From: Candidatus Omnitrophota bacterium
GTDB taxonomy: Bacteria; Omnitrophota; Gorgyraeia; JABMRN01; RBG-13-46-9
Length of the DNA: 64,000 nt
Assembly: GCA_013203315.1 (NCBI GenBank)
Contig: JABMQJ010000007.1
Coordinates: forward strand, 11,499 to 75,498
Direction of reading: 5' to 3'
Translations under genes and position numbers: made by a program
Part shown: positions 19,848-30,410 of the stretch, in pieces
How the letters are laid out: every line of letters starts with the position of its first letter
Position numbering within the stretch: position 1 is the first letter of the stretch
Notes under the pieces: model-generated
What the model was told of the DNA's origin: nothing
Databases searched by the model: none
Seen by the model: the letters and a program-made list of their open reading frames with translations, nothing else

Positions 19848-20671
19848 CGCTTCCTCTTTATTAAAAAAGCTACAAACCTCGATACTACCCCGAGTGAGTA
19901 ACTTAAAAAATGTAGCGTGATAGGTAATAAGGCTAGACCTATTATTACGGCGAGCTTAAAGTGAAAAATAAGCATCGCGAAACTCACAGAAATCAGGATA
20001 AAAGATCCCCATATATCCGGTCTTTTAAAAACAAACGGGTAATCCAGAACCATCTGCATGTTTCCGTATCCCCACAAAAATACCTGCTTCATATGCGCGA
20101 AAGGAAAAGTGCGGCGCTTATGGTAAAGAAAGAAGTCCGGTGAATTGTAAAGGGAAAGCCCTTTAATCTTGCATTTCAAAAAGAATTCCATGTCCTCGGT
20201 GTATTTATAATCTTCATTAAAATATCCTACTTTTTCAAAAACACCTTTACGCATCATTATGTTGCATGTAGCAAAATGTTTATAATCGCAAAAAGCGGCG
20301 CGCTTGGCCTTTTTGAACTTTTTTCTGAAACCGCTGAATATGCTGGTCGAGATCAAAAAATCACTTATTCTTTCACTGATTGAGGCCTGTGGAAAAATAA
20401 GATTCGGCCCGCCCACAATATGCGCGCCGCTTCTCTCCAGGAGCTCTACGCCCATAGATACCCATTCTTTAGGCAGCACGACATCGTCATCGATGAAAGC
20501 AATTATGTTTCCCTTCGCCCTTCTGACTCCTATATTCCTCGCTTCGGCTGCCTTATAGCCCTTTACAAGGATCACTTCATAATTGGGATACTCCTGTTTC
20601 TTTAATGACTCCTCGTAAAGAGGGTTATCCCTACCGACAGCTATTATTACGGAAACCTTCGGGTGATCCAT
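19844..20671 (-). CDS. GT2 glycosyltransferase with C-terminal TM helices
   Basis: 275 aa; ARNIG, AFIDDD, VGGPN, TCN, TEDME, YHKRR, hydrophobic C-terminus. Confidence 0.83.
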   Translation of the reverse strand: MDHPKVSVIIAVGRDNPLYEESLKKQEYPNYEVILVKGYKAAEARNIGVRRAKGNIIAFIDDDVVLPKEWVSMGVELLERSGAHIVGGPNLIFPQASISERISDFLISTSIFSGFRKKFKKAKRAAFCDYKHFATCNIMMRKGVFEKVGYFNEDYKYTEDMEFFLKCKIKGLSLYNSPDFFLYHKRRTFPFAHMKQVFLWGYGNMQMVLDYPFVFKRPDIWGSFILISVSFAMLIFHFKLAVIIGLALLPITLHFLSYSLGVVSRFVAFLIKRKR

Positions 20672-21403
20672 TTATCTATCCCTTATTTCATCCTTCAAAA
20701 GAAGCTTTTCCAGCCATGCGTATAAAACCGTAAAAAGATATTTTCTACCCATTTCCTTGACGCTTAGTTTTGAGACACCGCTTTTTCTGCCGTACCAGTT
20801 TATGGGTATTTGAACAAACTTAAATTTTCGCGCAATCGCCTTTAAAGGGAGCTCTACAGTAATATTGAAATATAGCGCCTGAATAGGCTGGATTTTTCTT
20901 ATAACCTTTGTCCTGTAAAATTTAAAGGCATTTGTGATGTCGTTGGCTCTGGTAAGAAATAAAACCTGTATAAAGGTATTGGCTAATCTATTTATGAACA
21001 ATTTGAGCGGTGGGTAGTCTTTTACAACGCTGCCTTTCATGAATCTTGAACCAAATACACAGTCGTATCCTTCTTCTATTTTTCGGAAACACTTCACAAT
21101 GTCCCTGGGGTCATCGGAGAGGTCACCCATAACAATTCCCACAACATCACCTGTTACCTGGTTTAAACCGTCTTTTATTGCCCGTCCGAATCCGGAAGGT
21201 TTCTGACGATTAATCAGTTTAATTACCGAGTGCGTTTTCATGAGATCCGCGACGATCCCAATAGTATTGTCAGTGCTATTATCATTTACAACGATAATCT
21301 CGTATTCAATACCTTCTTTATTAAGGACAGTTATAATATCACAAATTGTCTGACCTATACAGTCTTCTTCGTTGTGTGCCGGGGTAACTATCGATAACTT
21401 CAT
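20672..21403 (-). CDS. GT2, Dpm1-like polyprenyl-phosphate glycosyltransferase
   Basis: 243 aa; PAHNEE, VNDNSTD, GFGRA, MGDLSD, FGSRF, RKSGVSK. Confidence 0.87.
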   Translation of the reverse strand: MKLSIVTPAHNEEDCIGQTICDIITVLNKEGIEYEIIVVNDNSTDNTIGIVADLMKTHSVIKLINRQKPSGFGRAIKDGLNQVTGDVVGIVMGDLSDDPRDIVKCFRKIEEGYDCVFGSRFMKGSVVKDYPPLKLFINRLANTFIQVLFLTRANDITNAFKFYRTKVIRKIQPIQALYFNITVELPLKAIARKFKFVQIPINWYGRKSGVSKLSVKEMGRKYLFTVLYAWLEKLLLKDEIRDR

Positions 21404-21405
21404 AC

Positions 21406-22386
21406 TTACTCCTTTGCGGATGAAATAGCTTCTTCTTCACCAAACAAACTAAATAGCCCTAGCGGAATTATAAACACATAAAAAGGTATGAGAATCCTTA
21501 CCTCGCTTATGGCGCCTCCTCTTGAAAAACCGTAAAGCAAAAAAAGCGTCATGGGTATTAATGCCCTTTTCAGTATGCTGGGTTTCTTGCGAAAATTCAT
21601 AAACGCCAAAAACCAATAAAAACCACATAAATATAATATAAAATAAAAATGATTATATGGGTTCGGCGATTCAAATATTTTTAATAACCCTGCCACATTA
21701 ACCCGGAAATGGTGAAAATAGCCCGGTAAATCCCTGATACCGAAAATTGAAATGAGTATTGCCGAAGGAATAAGCCATAGCAAAAAGTAAATTGCCGTCC
21801 TTCTTATTAGGACAAACCAATTTTCTTTTCCGATCTCGTTGAAGAAATAAATAAGAACAAGTGCTATCGAGGTTTCCCTGTTAAGTGAGGCCAACGGTAT
21901 CAGAATAAACAAGTTCTTATGTTTCCCATCCCGAATCCACATTACTCCTAGGATAAACATTATGAGCTCCGGCATATCCGTAGGTACCGAATACCAGTTA
22001 GTAAGGGTTAAAGGCAAAGAGGCTATTAGTGACAGCGTCCCTATCATTGCCGTTTTCTGGCCAAACCATTTTCGTAGATACATATGAAAAAGCGCAAAAG
22101 CCAGAAAGTAAAAAAGGAATCTGAACAATGCATATGAGTATTCTAATGAGATATGCGAAACCTTATGAAAGAAATAGACCGTATAAGGAACTAATATGCG
22201 ATGATTCATGGGAGGATTAAAGTCACCCTTCACAACACTCTCTAAGGCTTGGGTAGATCTCTCAAAAGTAAGCACCCTCCGATCAAAATCGATATATCCC
22301 ATTACAAAGGTGAGAAAGAAATATATCAATAAAATCTTTACTAAATCCCTGTTATTTTCTAGGTATCTACGCATTTTGTTTAACAC
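21406..22386 (-). CDS. Compact GT-C-like membrane protein (tandem paralog 2)
   Basis: 326 aa, about 9 TM; PP..HRILVP, TD.PE, LNRET, SEVRI; paralog of the adjacent gene. Confidence 0.55.
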   Translation of the reverse strand: MLNKMRRYLENNRDLVKILLIYFFLTFVMGYIDFDRRVLTFERSTQALESVVKGDFNPPMNHRILVPYTVYFFHKVSHISLEYSYALFRFLFYFLAFALFHMYLRKWFGQKTAMIGTLSLIASLPLTLTNWYSVPTDMPELIMFILGVMWIRDGKHKNLFILIPLASLNRETSIALVLIYFFNEIGKENWFVLIRRTAIYFLLWLIPSAILISIFGIRDLPGYFHHFRVNVAGLLKIFESPNPYNHFYFILYLCGFYWFLAFMNFRKKPSILKRALIPMTLFLLYGFSRGGAISEVRILIPFYVFIIPLGLFSLFGEEEAISSAKE

Positions 22387-23344
22387 GCTTTTTTCCTTCA
22401 GTGAAGAGACTCGATAATCCCAATGGTATCACAAAAACATAAAACGGCATAAATATTCTCGTCTCATTTATAGCGCTGACTCTTATAAAAACATAAAGGA
22501 AGTAAAGTATCATAACAATAACGGACCTCTTTAGTAGCGGGTCTTTCTTATGAAAATCCATGAACGCCAGTATCCAGTAGAAACCACATAAATAAAGCAG
22601 AAAATAATAGTGGTTGTACGGATTGGGATTCTTAAATACGTGCAGAAGCCCTGCTACGTTATGTTCCAAGGTGACAAAATTCGAAAACTTCTCAAAACCA
22701 ACCATGGCAATCATGATGCCAAATGGTATTGCCCACAAAAGACCATATATAATAGTCCTCCTGATTAAAATAAGTGGTTTTTCCCTGCCTATACCGTATA
22801 GAAAATAAAGCAGAACAAGCGCAAGCGTTGCTTCCTTGTTAAATGTCGCAATCGGTATTAATATATAAAGAAGTTTATATTGATTTTTTTTGATCCACAT
22901 CATCCCAAGGATGAAGGCTATAAAGTTTGGCATATCGCTCGAGATACAATACCAGTTAGTGAGAAATAACGGCAAAGAGGCAATCACCGATAACGTACCG
23001 ATCATGGCACGCTTATCGTCAAACCACATTTTGAGATATATGTGAAAAAGGATAAAGGCCAGCAAAAAGAAAATGAACCTAAAAAACGCATAACTGTATG
23101 TGAGCGGTATGTGCGTTACCTTGTGAAAAAGATCTACCGTATAGGGAATCAAAATACGCCGCCCAAGAGGAGCACCAACTTCTCCGGTAATTATGTTCTT
23201 TAACTTCTCGGTAGATTGTTCAAACGTAAACACCCGCCGGTCAAAATCTATGTACCCTATTACAAAAGTAAGGAAAAAATATACCATGAAAATCTTGAGC
23301 GTGGTTTTATTATTGTGGGAATATTCGCGTATACGGTTTAACAT
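22367..23344 (-). CDS. Compact GT-C-like membrane protein (tandem paralog 1)
   Basis: 325 aa; AP..RRILIP, SDMP, FNKEA, NETRI; collinear with 21406-22386. Confidence 0.55.
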   Translation of the reverse strand: MLNRIREYSHNNKTTLKIFMVYFFLTFVIGYIDFDRRVFTFEQSTEKLKNIITGEVGAPLGRRILIPYTVDLFHKVTHIPLTYSYAFFRFIFFLLAFILFHIYLKMWFDDKRAMIGTLSVIASLPLFLTNWYCISSDMPNFIAFILGMMWIKKNQYKLLYILIPIATFNKEATLALVLLYFLYGIGREKPLILIRRTIIYGLLWAIPFGIMIAMVGFEKFSNFVTLEHNVAGLLHVFKNPNPYNHYYFLLYLCGFYWILAFMDFHKKDPLLKRSVIVMILYFLYVFIRVSAINETRIFMPFYVFVIPLGLSSLFTEGKKRVKQNA

Positions 23345-24627
23345 GACATCACTTCTTTTGCTTCGTTACCAAGCTTAATACGCCAAACCCATGCCGCTGC
23401 GGCCAAAAATGATAAGAATAGCGCCCGCGCCAGAACTTTATACACTATCTCGATATTTACGAAACGGCCCACGATCTCCTGGATAGTGGGTAAGCTTGAA
23501 AAATATACCGGATTAAGCGGGGCGAACAAGCCCAATTGCAGGTCTCTCTGATACAACCACTGGAATCCTAGCATTGCTATTATCGCAAACACCAATATAC
23601 CAAACTTCTTATAGTACGGGATGATCAAGGCTAAAAGTGGTGTTATAAAAATGAAATATCTGAATCGTATCGGTAATGCCGCATAACTTATAAACATCAC
23701 GGTTATGAAATAGTATAAAAGTTTTCCGGCCGGGTTTGTTTGGCGGGAGTCTTTTACGGCGTTTATGCAAAGCAAAGAAAACAAAACCATAAATATACCT
23801 CTTAGTACCCATTTTGTGATGCCGGAGTATTGTACGTGTGACAACATAAAAATACCAAAAACCGCATCTCCGGAAGATAGATAAAACGGCACATATGGTA
23901 AGATTGCAGCTACAGTCGCTACCAACAGAAGTAAAAATCTTTTTCGCCAATTATCGCCTAAAAGTAGACACGCGGGCAATATCAAAATATACGGGAATAA
24001 TACCGTACCCCCGCCCAAGCCTAAAAGAATAACGCAAAAAAACGGCTTTTTCTTCCAGGCCGCATATAAGGCAGCTGCTATAAAAAACGTAGGGATTAAA
24101 TACGCGCCGCCTACCATATATACGCTATGTAAAACTACGATGTTAAGCATCCAGAGTTTATAGGTATCTATTGCAAATTTTTGTGACGTTGCTAATTTGA
24201 GCAAAATTCCGCCTATCAAAAAATCGAAAATAAGATATGGGATCTTCATTATAAATAAATTCTTAACTAGTCCGAGATTTGCAAAGGCGTGTACATAATC
24301 AACTGTAGTAAAATGCTTCCCCATCATTGTACCCGAAAGCTCTAACATCGCGATAAGCGAAGCGGGATTAGACAATTTTATAATTATAAAGTCTGTGATA
24401 GACATGATGAAAAATAAAACGGGACCGTAGTATGTAAAATTAAAATGTGAAAAATTGGTAGCGATCAAAGCATATGGATCCCAAATACCCTCTGTTATGA
24501 ACTTCATCGGGAAATAATTTAAAAAGAGTAGATCCTGGCCATGCATGGTAAACGGTACTAAGGTTAGCCTGAGCGACAAACCGATGCATGTCCATAAAGC
24601 GATCTGTATGTAGTATTTTTTTACCAT
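23338..24627 (-). CDS. GT-C-like membrane protein (GT87/PIG-M-like appearance)
   Basis: 429 aa, many TM; HGQDL first loop, YYGP, KIPYLIFD, FRY. Confidence 0.55.
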   Translation of the reverse strand: MVKKYYIQIALWTCIGLSLRLTLVPFTMHGQDLLFLNYFPMKFITEGIWDPYALIATNFSHFNFTYYGPVLFFIMSITDFIIIKLSNPASLIAMLELSGTMMGKHFTTVDYVHAFANLGLVKNLFIMKIPYLIFDFLIGGILLKLATSQKFAIDTYKLWMLNIVVLHSVYMVGGAYLIPTFFIAAALYAAWKKKPFFCVILLGLGGGTVLFPYILILPACLLLGDNWRKRFLLLLVATVAAILPYVPFYLSSGDAVFGIFMLSHVQYSGITKWVLRGIFMVLFSLLCINAVKDSRQTNPAGKLLYYFITVMFISYAALPIRFRYFIFITPLLALIIPYYKKFGILVFAIIAMLGFQWLYQRDLQLGLFAPLNPVYFSSLPTIQEIVGRFVNIEIVYKVLARALFLSFLAAAAWVWRIKLGNEAKEVMSC

Positions 24628-24637
24628 TTTGTTTCAG

Positions 24638-26482
24638 TTAAAAGTCTTTAATCAATTTTCTTACGCGCTCCCGGCATTTGCCGTCAAGCTTGTAGACAAA
24701 ATCGTTAACAAAATCCTTCCTTGCTAATTCCATGCTTTTCTTTACTTCCTTGTCATGCAGGGCCTTTTCAATGGCATTTTTTATGTCGTCGCCCTTGTAA
24801 ACGCCAAGGGCTACCCCGTTTTCCGTAAAAGGCAGCAAGCTCGGTCTTTTGCCTAAATTAATCGCAACAACCGGTTTTTGCATAATCACTGCCTCGAGCC
24901 CCACTGTCGAATCAGGCGTCATTACTACGTCTGATGCCGCTATTAGCTTATGTAAATTTGTTTTGTGGACAAAGATTACGTAGTTCTTATCTTCTTTCTT
25001 AAATAACTCCATAAAAGCGCGGATATTCTGGTTTGGATGAAGCTTAACAACCAAATTCATCTCACCGATTGATTTGACTGCTTTAATAGCGTGTTTTATC
25101 AGATTATAAGATACATCATCGGTTTCAAAAGAGGAAAACCTATGCACTTCCGTACAAGGTGTTATAAGCGTCGAAAGATATTTCTTTCTGCTAAGTTTAA
25201 GCGCGTTCTGAATGTACTTATTTTTGTCGAGACGCATGGGTTTGGTTAGTGCGTCAAAGCTCGGGTTTCCTATTGCTTCGGTTTTAGAGGGGCCGTTGTC
25301 AAATTTTTCGTACCAAGATACGGCACGATTTCCCCATACCGCAATCTTATCTGCGAGAATAACATTGTGTCCATTGGGTTCGGCAAGTATGCCGTGTTGA
25401 ATAACCAGCGTCGGAATGTCGTTTTTCTTTGATACCGATACAAGGGTTTTTTCAAGTTCTCTTATGTCATTCCTAAGTATAGTAGCCTTTATATTATAGG
25501 CGTTCTCGACCATAAGAAAAGTGTCGATATTTCTTCTGAATCTTACAAAGTCATGGAATATTAAAGTTATTATTTTATCCTCTACCAACGCCCAGTAATT
25601 TACGCCGTCCAAAAAAAACAGTTTTGCCAGAGACTGAGTGTCAAAATCTTTAAACTCCACCGGTGGAACCGCTAATCTTTTTCGTTCTGATTCACCCATG
25701 CGAAATGAAATATAGCCACGGTTTTTAAAAAGACACTTCAGCCTTAACCTCATCCCTTCTTCTATCGGGGCTAAAATGAACCCTTTCTTTTCCTTTATGC
25801 CAAGTTCGCCATACAACCTCGCATCAATAAGTTTTATCGGGCCTTTTTTTCTGATAAAATATCCCGCAAGTTTATCAAGGACATTTGAAATGGATTCGGA
25901 TATTTGCATTTTTACAAAGTTTCTGACTGAACTTTGTTTTTGAATTTTGACAAGATCGGCCCGGATGTGATAATGTGCGCTTAGGAAGCTATCAAAACCG
26001 TTAAGCTCGCCGGTTGAGTCCATGATAAAAAATGCCTTATAATTTTCTTTCTTCATCGCCCTTTCGAACACCAGAGAGGCCTTTACCTTTAAAAGCAAAA
26101 ACAGTTGAAGATCATAATCTGCAAATCTCGCCAATTCGACACCGCGATACGTGAATAATTCTCGGTATTCGCCAGAGACGGCCTTATCCCAGTTTTGCGA
26201 AACTTCATTGAAAACGTGATGGTCTATTCCGGTGTAATCTTCATCGGCTAGATAGTCTTCTGAAACCTTAACATAATCCGAAAAACCGGCAAATTCTTCG
26301 GGGATACGTGCTTTGAAACATAAAATTTCCGTATTATTTCCGAAGTGATCCAAATTATCTTCTATTGCCGCGGCAAATTCGCCTATCTTGTCGAAGCCAT
26401 TTATGACCAGGACCTTTTTTTGCGAAGAATTTTGCGCCAAAAATTTCTTTAGCTTACTTTTTAAAAATATTAAATCCTGCAT
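24638..26482 (-). CDS. GT-B protein, candidate nonulosonic (pseudaminic) acid transferase
   Basis: 614 aa; PTLVIQHG, IAVWG, IGNP, VVKLHP, STVGLEA..KPV; lies downstream of the pse genes and flippase. Confidence 0.6.
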   Translation of the reverse strand: MQDLIFLKSKLKKFLAQNSSQKKVLVINGFDKIGEFAAAIEDNLDHFGNNTEILCFKARIPEEFAGFSDYVKVSEDYLADEDYTGIDHHVFNEVSQNWDKAVSGEYRELFTYRGVELARFADYDLQLFLLLKVKASLVFERAMKKENYKAFFIMDSTGELNGFDSFLSAHYHIRADLVKIQKQSSVRNFVKMQISESISNVLDKLAGYFIRKKGPIKLIDARLYGELGIKEKKGFILAPIEEGMRLRLKCLFKNRGYISFRMGESERKRLAVPPVEFKDFDTQSLAKLFFLDGVNYWALVEDKIITLIFHDFVRFRRNIDTFLMVENAYNIKATILRNDIRELEKTLVSVSKKNDIPTLVIQHGILAEPNGHNVILADKIAVWGNRAVSWYEKFDNGPSKTEAIGNPSFDALTKPMRLDKNKYIQNALKLSRKKYLSTLITPCTEVHRFSSFETDDVSYNLIKHAIKAVKSIGEMNLVVKLHPNQNIRAFMELFKKEDKNYVIFVHKTNLHKLIAASDVVMTPDSTVGLEAVIMQKPVVAINLGKRPSLLPFTENGVALGVYKGDDIKNAIEKALHDKEVKKSMELARKDFVNDFVYKLDGKCRERVRKLIKDF

Positions 26483-27956
26483 TTTTTACCCGATTGTATA
26501 AATCCATTTTTTTATTTACATGCATCAAAAGCGGAAATGTCAGCGCTAAAAAAATGAGCATTTGCCATATCGCCCTTCCGATATCCGACGGCAAATCTTT
26601 GAAGCCACCGTAAAACATGCGGCCTACGACATAGAAAGCAAAAATGCTCCATATGATCGGCGCATTGAGGTTTATGAAAAAAGTTATTCTCTTATAGAGA
26701 TTAGGTATGTGATATTTTACGGCGTATCCTATTGTAAAACTGCTGTATAAGAAATAGGTGACTGCTGTGCCAAGGGCTATTCCCCTGATCCCTAGATTAA
26801 ATACCTTCACAAACAAGAGATTTAGCCCTGCGCTGATAGCAATACATAATACGCCAATTATCAGGATCAGGTGTTGTTTCTTCAGGGCAATTAAGAGATA
26901 CCTTGACATGTACCCTATCGATATAAAAAAGGTGCCAAAGAGCAGTATCGACGCAGCCGTGATCCCATTTGTATATTTCGGCAGCACATAATTTACGAAA
27001 ACAGGCATTGTTATTGCCGCTAATCCTATTATAACGGGGAATAAATACGCGAACGCGAGCGTTGGTTTTTCGACATAGTTCTTTATTTTGCTGACATCGT
27101 CTTTTGAGTCGCCAAAGGCTTCGTAAAAACGCGGAAACAAAACAACGTAAATCAAATTAGGTAGCTGAAAAAGGAAAGAGTGCACCATAATGGCAATGCT
27201 GTAATACCCCAGGTCGTTCTTCGTGAGAAGAGATAATATCATGATCCGATCTATGTTCCTTAGGGCCATAAAAGTAAAGCCTCCCAAGAATATAGGAAAG
27301 CCTATGGCTAAAAGCATTTTAAGGGTCTTGGCGGATATTTTAAACGTTATCCTGAACCGCACCTTAGTCTTTTTGAATAGATACAGAAGCCCCACCGTAA
27401 GGCTTAAGATCGTCGCCCAGAGGACTCCTATTACTCCGAATTTTATACCCAATAAGGCCTTAAAAAGAACATCACATAGGGCCAGGATAATAATGTATTT
27501 GCTCAGAACCCCGAACAAGTGGTGGGTCCGAGCCAGGGTAACGTAAAAAGTATTCATGGACTGTATAACCACCAGTGCGGCAATTACCTTTATCCCGATA
27601 GACATCACCGGCGTTAGCGTGTTCCTGAAAACGTAGGATATAACCAGTATAATTAAAGCTGAAGCGAGCGCGGTAAAAAGACCAAAGCTTATGCCCACAT
27701 TTTTTGCTTCTTCCACCTTTTTGGTTTCTTTTTTTCCGTTATAATACGGTATTTGCCTATCCAGGGAATCGTATATACCCACGTGGCTATATTTGGCGTA
27801 CTCAAAGATCAGCAATAATTCCAGATACACGCCCATAAAAAAAGAATCCAGCACCTTGCGGACAATGGTTGCGCTTATAAATGAGCAAAAACTCGATATA
27901 TAACCGCTTATGCTAAATCTGGTTGCGTCTTTTAATATCTCTTTGGATTTACTCAA
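26454..27956 (-). CDS. Wzx/MOP-family oligosaccharide flippase
   Basis: 500 aa, about 12-14 TM; IGFP, IDRIMI, LGYYSIA, VLFPRF, GIRGIALGT. Confidence 0.85.
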   Translation of the reverse strand: MSKSKEILKDATRFSISGYISSFCSFISATIVRKVLDSFFMGVYLELLLIFEYAKYSHVGIYDSLDRQIPYYNGKKETKKVEEAKNVGISFGLFTALASALIILVISYVFRNTLTPVMSIGIKVIAALVVIQSMNTFYVTLARTHHLFGVLSKYIIILALCDVLFKALLGIKFGVIGVLWATILSLTVGLLYLFKKTKVRFRITFKISAKTLKMLLAIGFPIFLGGFTFMALRNIDRIMILSLLTKNDLGYYSIAIMVHSFLFQLPNLIYVVLFPRFYEAFGDSKDDVSKIKNYVEKPTLAFAYLFPVIIGLAAITMPVFVNYVLPKYTNGITAASILLFGTFFISIGYMSRYLLIALKKQHLILIIGVLCIAISAGLNLLFVKVFNLGIRGIALGTAVTYFLYSSFTIGYAVKYHIPNLYKRITFFINLNAPIIWSIFAFYVVGRMFYGGFKDLPSDIGRAIWQMLIFLALTFPLLMHVNKKMDLYNRVKNAGFNIFKK

Positions 27957-29379
27957 CGCCTATTTTCTCCTTCACCTTGCCTAATGACCAGCCAAAGGTC
28001 TTCATTGCGCCCTCGGCTTTTATTCGTTTTTTAAGGTCTTCGAATATCCTTTTTGATTCTTCGGTCGCAATTTCAATCCTGGAACGCAGGCTAAAGTTTT
28101 CTCTTATTTTCGCTTCCGCTCTTTCTTTCAAACTCTTAAGCTCCTTATCGGACATCGTGGTTAAATTCACCAGAAGCGTGTTATACATCTCGCCTAGCGA
28201 GCTTACATATTTATTTTCGTCATCCGGTATTTTCCGCATTTCTTTCGCCATCTCATAAAGCGGGGTATTGGGATAAGGCGTTGTGTAGAAAAACCGGTGA
28301 AGCGTTAGGCCCGTTCTTTTTATAAACTCTACGGTTTCATTAACACTTTCCTCGGTTTCGCCGATCATTCCTATCATGAAAGAGCCCTCTATGCCGATAC
28401 CCGCTTTTCTTGTAAATTCCACCGCTTTTTCCGCCTGTTCTACTCTTACCCCTTTCTTTATGCTATCCAGCATTCTTTGGCTCCCCGACTCAAATCCATA
28501 GCTTAAAGCCTCGCAGCCCGCTTTTTTCATCTTTTTAAGTAAGTTCAGATCCACCAGATTTACTCTTGCTGAAGCGCCCCAGCCGATTTTAAGTTTTTCT
28601 TTTATCAGGGCATCGCAAAACTCCTCTACCCAGGACCTGTCGATCGTAAAGAGGTCGTCGGTAAAGCCTATGAACTCTATATTATAACACCGTTTAAGCT
28701 CTTTTATTTCGGCGACAATGCTTGCCGGTGAGCGTTTATATACACGGGGACCAAAGGGCCTGGAGCAATAGATGCATTGAAACGGGCACCCCCGCACCGT
28801 GGAGATATTCATGCTTCTTCTACCGTATTCAGTGTGGATCGGATTATTAATATAAGTTTCCATTTGAAAAAGATCCCAAGCCGGAAAGGGAATTCTGTCC
28901 AGGTCTTTTATTCTCTCTCTGGGAGCCGTAGAGACAATCCGATTTCCTTTCTTAAAAACTATTCCTTTGACGCTATCTATTTCAGGAAAATCTTTTATTC
29001 TTTGCATTAGCTCTCTTATTGTTTCTTCGCCCTCGTCAATCACGCATATATCAATCTGTGAATGACGCAGCAATAACTCCGGAGATGAGGTTGAAACCAT
29101 GTTGCCCGCGATCATCATGACATTCGGTTTTACTTTTTTTGCAATGTTGGAAAACTTTTTTACAAAGTCATAAGTTGTAGTTAACCCACCGATACCTATG
29201 GCATCACAATCTACTGTTTCAAGCTCCCTCTCAATGGCTTCGTATGGCTTCTTGCTCACGTTGAAATCCATTAAAGACACGTTGTGACCTTCCTGCCTCA
29301 GCACGCTTGCGACATATCCCAGTCCCAGAGGAATAAGGGAAGGCGTTCTGCACGGCGGATTAACCAAGAGAATATGCAC
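27949..29379 (-). CDS. Cobalamin-dependent radical SAM protein
   Basis: 476 aa; LVNPP, PLGLGYVAS, DEGEE, RGCPFQCIYC, FTDDLF, YGFESGS, PYPNT. Confidence 0.92.
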   Translation of the reverse strand: MHILLVNPPCRTPSLIPLGLGYVASVLRQEGHNVSLMDFNVSKKPYEAIERELETVDCDAIGIGGLTTTYDFVKKFSNIAKKVKPNVMMIAGNMVSTSSPELLLRHSQIDICVIDEGEETIRELMQRIKDFPEIDSVKGIVFKKGNRIVSTAPRERIKDLDRIPFPAWDLFQMETYINNPIHTEYGRRSMNISTVRGCPFQCIYCSRPFGPRVYKRSPASIVAEIKELKRCYNIEFIGFTDDLFTIDRSWVEEFCDALIKEKLKIGWGASARVNLVDLNLLKKMKKAGCEALSYGFESGSQRMLDSIKKGVRVEQAEKAVEFTRKAGIGIEGSFMIGMIGETEESVNETVEFIKRTGLTLHRFFYTTPYPNTPLYEMAKEMRKIPDDENKYVSSLGEMYNTLLVNLTTMSDKELKSLKERAEAKIRENFSLRSRIEIATEESKRIFEDLKKRIKAEGAMKTFGWSLGKVKEKIGVE

Positions 29380-29392
29380 ATTTACCTCTTTT

Positions 29393-30409
29393 TCATTTAA
29401 TCAAACTTAATTTAAGGGGACTGCCTTTTGCAATGGACTTCGTTGCTCTTTTGTTTAATATGGATTTTAAATGCTTGGGCGGCAGCCCGAATCCGGGCCT
29501 GACAGACCTCACATTTTCGTGTGTAAAAATCTCTCCTTTTTTTATGCTTTTAGCTGCGAAGAGAGAGCGCCTGAAAATAAGATTCTTCTTTTCCTCTTCT
29601 GATAGACCGCTATGCGTATCCCCTATCGCCTCTTCAACGATCCTTATGTCATCTACGAGTTCTTTGAGTTCCTGCGGTTCGATAGAGAAAAAACTGTCCG
29701 GAGTTTTAATTTTTCGCGATAATGTAAAATGTTTCTCGATAACTTCCGCCCCGAGGGCAACGGCTGCTATTGACACGCCTATCCCCATCGTATGATCCGA
29801 AAGCCCCACAGGGCACTTAAATGTCTTTTTCATGCGCGAAATACCTTTTAAGTTCATTTGAGTCGGTTTGGCCGGATAGCTACTTACGCATTTCAGTAAA
29901 GTTATGTTCTTTGCGCCCGCGGATTTGGCTGTTCGGACAGCGTCATTTATCTCTGAATCGGTTGCCAATCCGGTCGATAGGATGAGGGGTTTTTTTGTTC
30001 TGGCCGCATGTTCAACAAGAGGCAAATCCACTAATTCAAAGGAAGCGACCTTGTGAATGGGCACATTGAGTTCCTCTAAAAAATCAACACTTGTTTTATC
30101 AAACGCTGTCGAAAAAAATAGTATATCTTCTTCCTCGGCAACTTTTTTTAGTTTTTTAAACCAGCTCCATGGCGTATATGCCTTCTTATATAATTGATAC
30201 AGCGTTCGCTTGCCCCATTTGGGGTGTTTTACCTGGAAGTACTTGTTGTCTACATTTAGGGTTAGCGTATTGGCTGTGTAGGTTTGAAATTTTATCGCGT
30301 CGGCACCGCATGCTTTTGCTTTTCTTATCATGGAAACAGCTTTTTTAAAATCCTGGCCGTGGTTGGCCGAAACCTCCGCAATAATAAAAACTCTTTTGGA
30401 TTTAGGCAT
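29393..30409 (-). CDS. pseI: Pseudaminic acid synthase (NeuB family with SAF domain)
   Basis: IIAEVSANH, IKFQTYT, YTPW, KVASFE, LKCVSSYP, GLSDHT, IEKHFTL, DSFFS, FRRSLF, VRPGFGL. Confidence 0.9.
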   Translation of the reverse strand: MPKSKRVFIIAEVSANHGQDFKKAVSMIRKAKACGADAIKFQTYTANTLTLNVDNKYFQVKHPKWGKRTLYQLYKKAYTPWSWFKKLKKVAEEEDILFFSTAFDKTSVDFLEELNVPIHKVASFELVDLPLVEHAARTKKPLILSTGLATDSEINDAVRTAKSAGAKNITLLKCVSSYPAKPTQMNLKGISRMKKTFKCPVGLSDHTMGIGVSIAAVALGAEVIEKHFTLSRKIKTPDSFFSIEPQELKELVDDIRIVEEAIGDTHSGLSEEEKKNLIFRRSLFAAKSIKKGEIFTHENVRSVRPGFGLPPKHLKSILNKRATKSIAKGSPLKLSLIK

Positions 30410-30410
30410 T

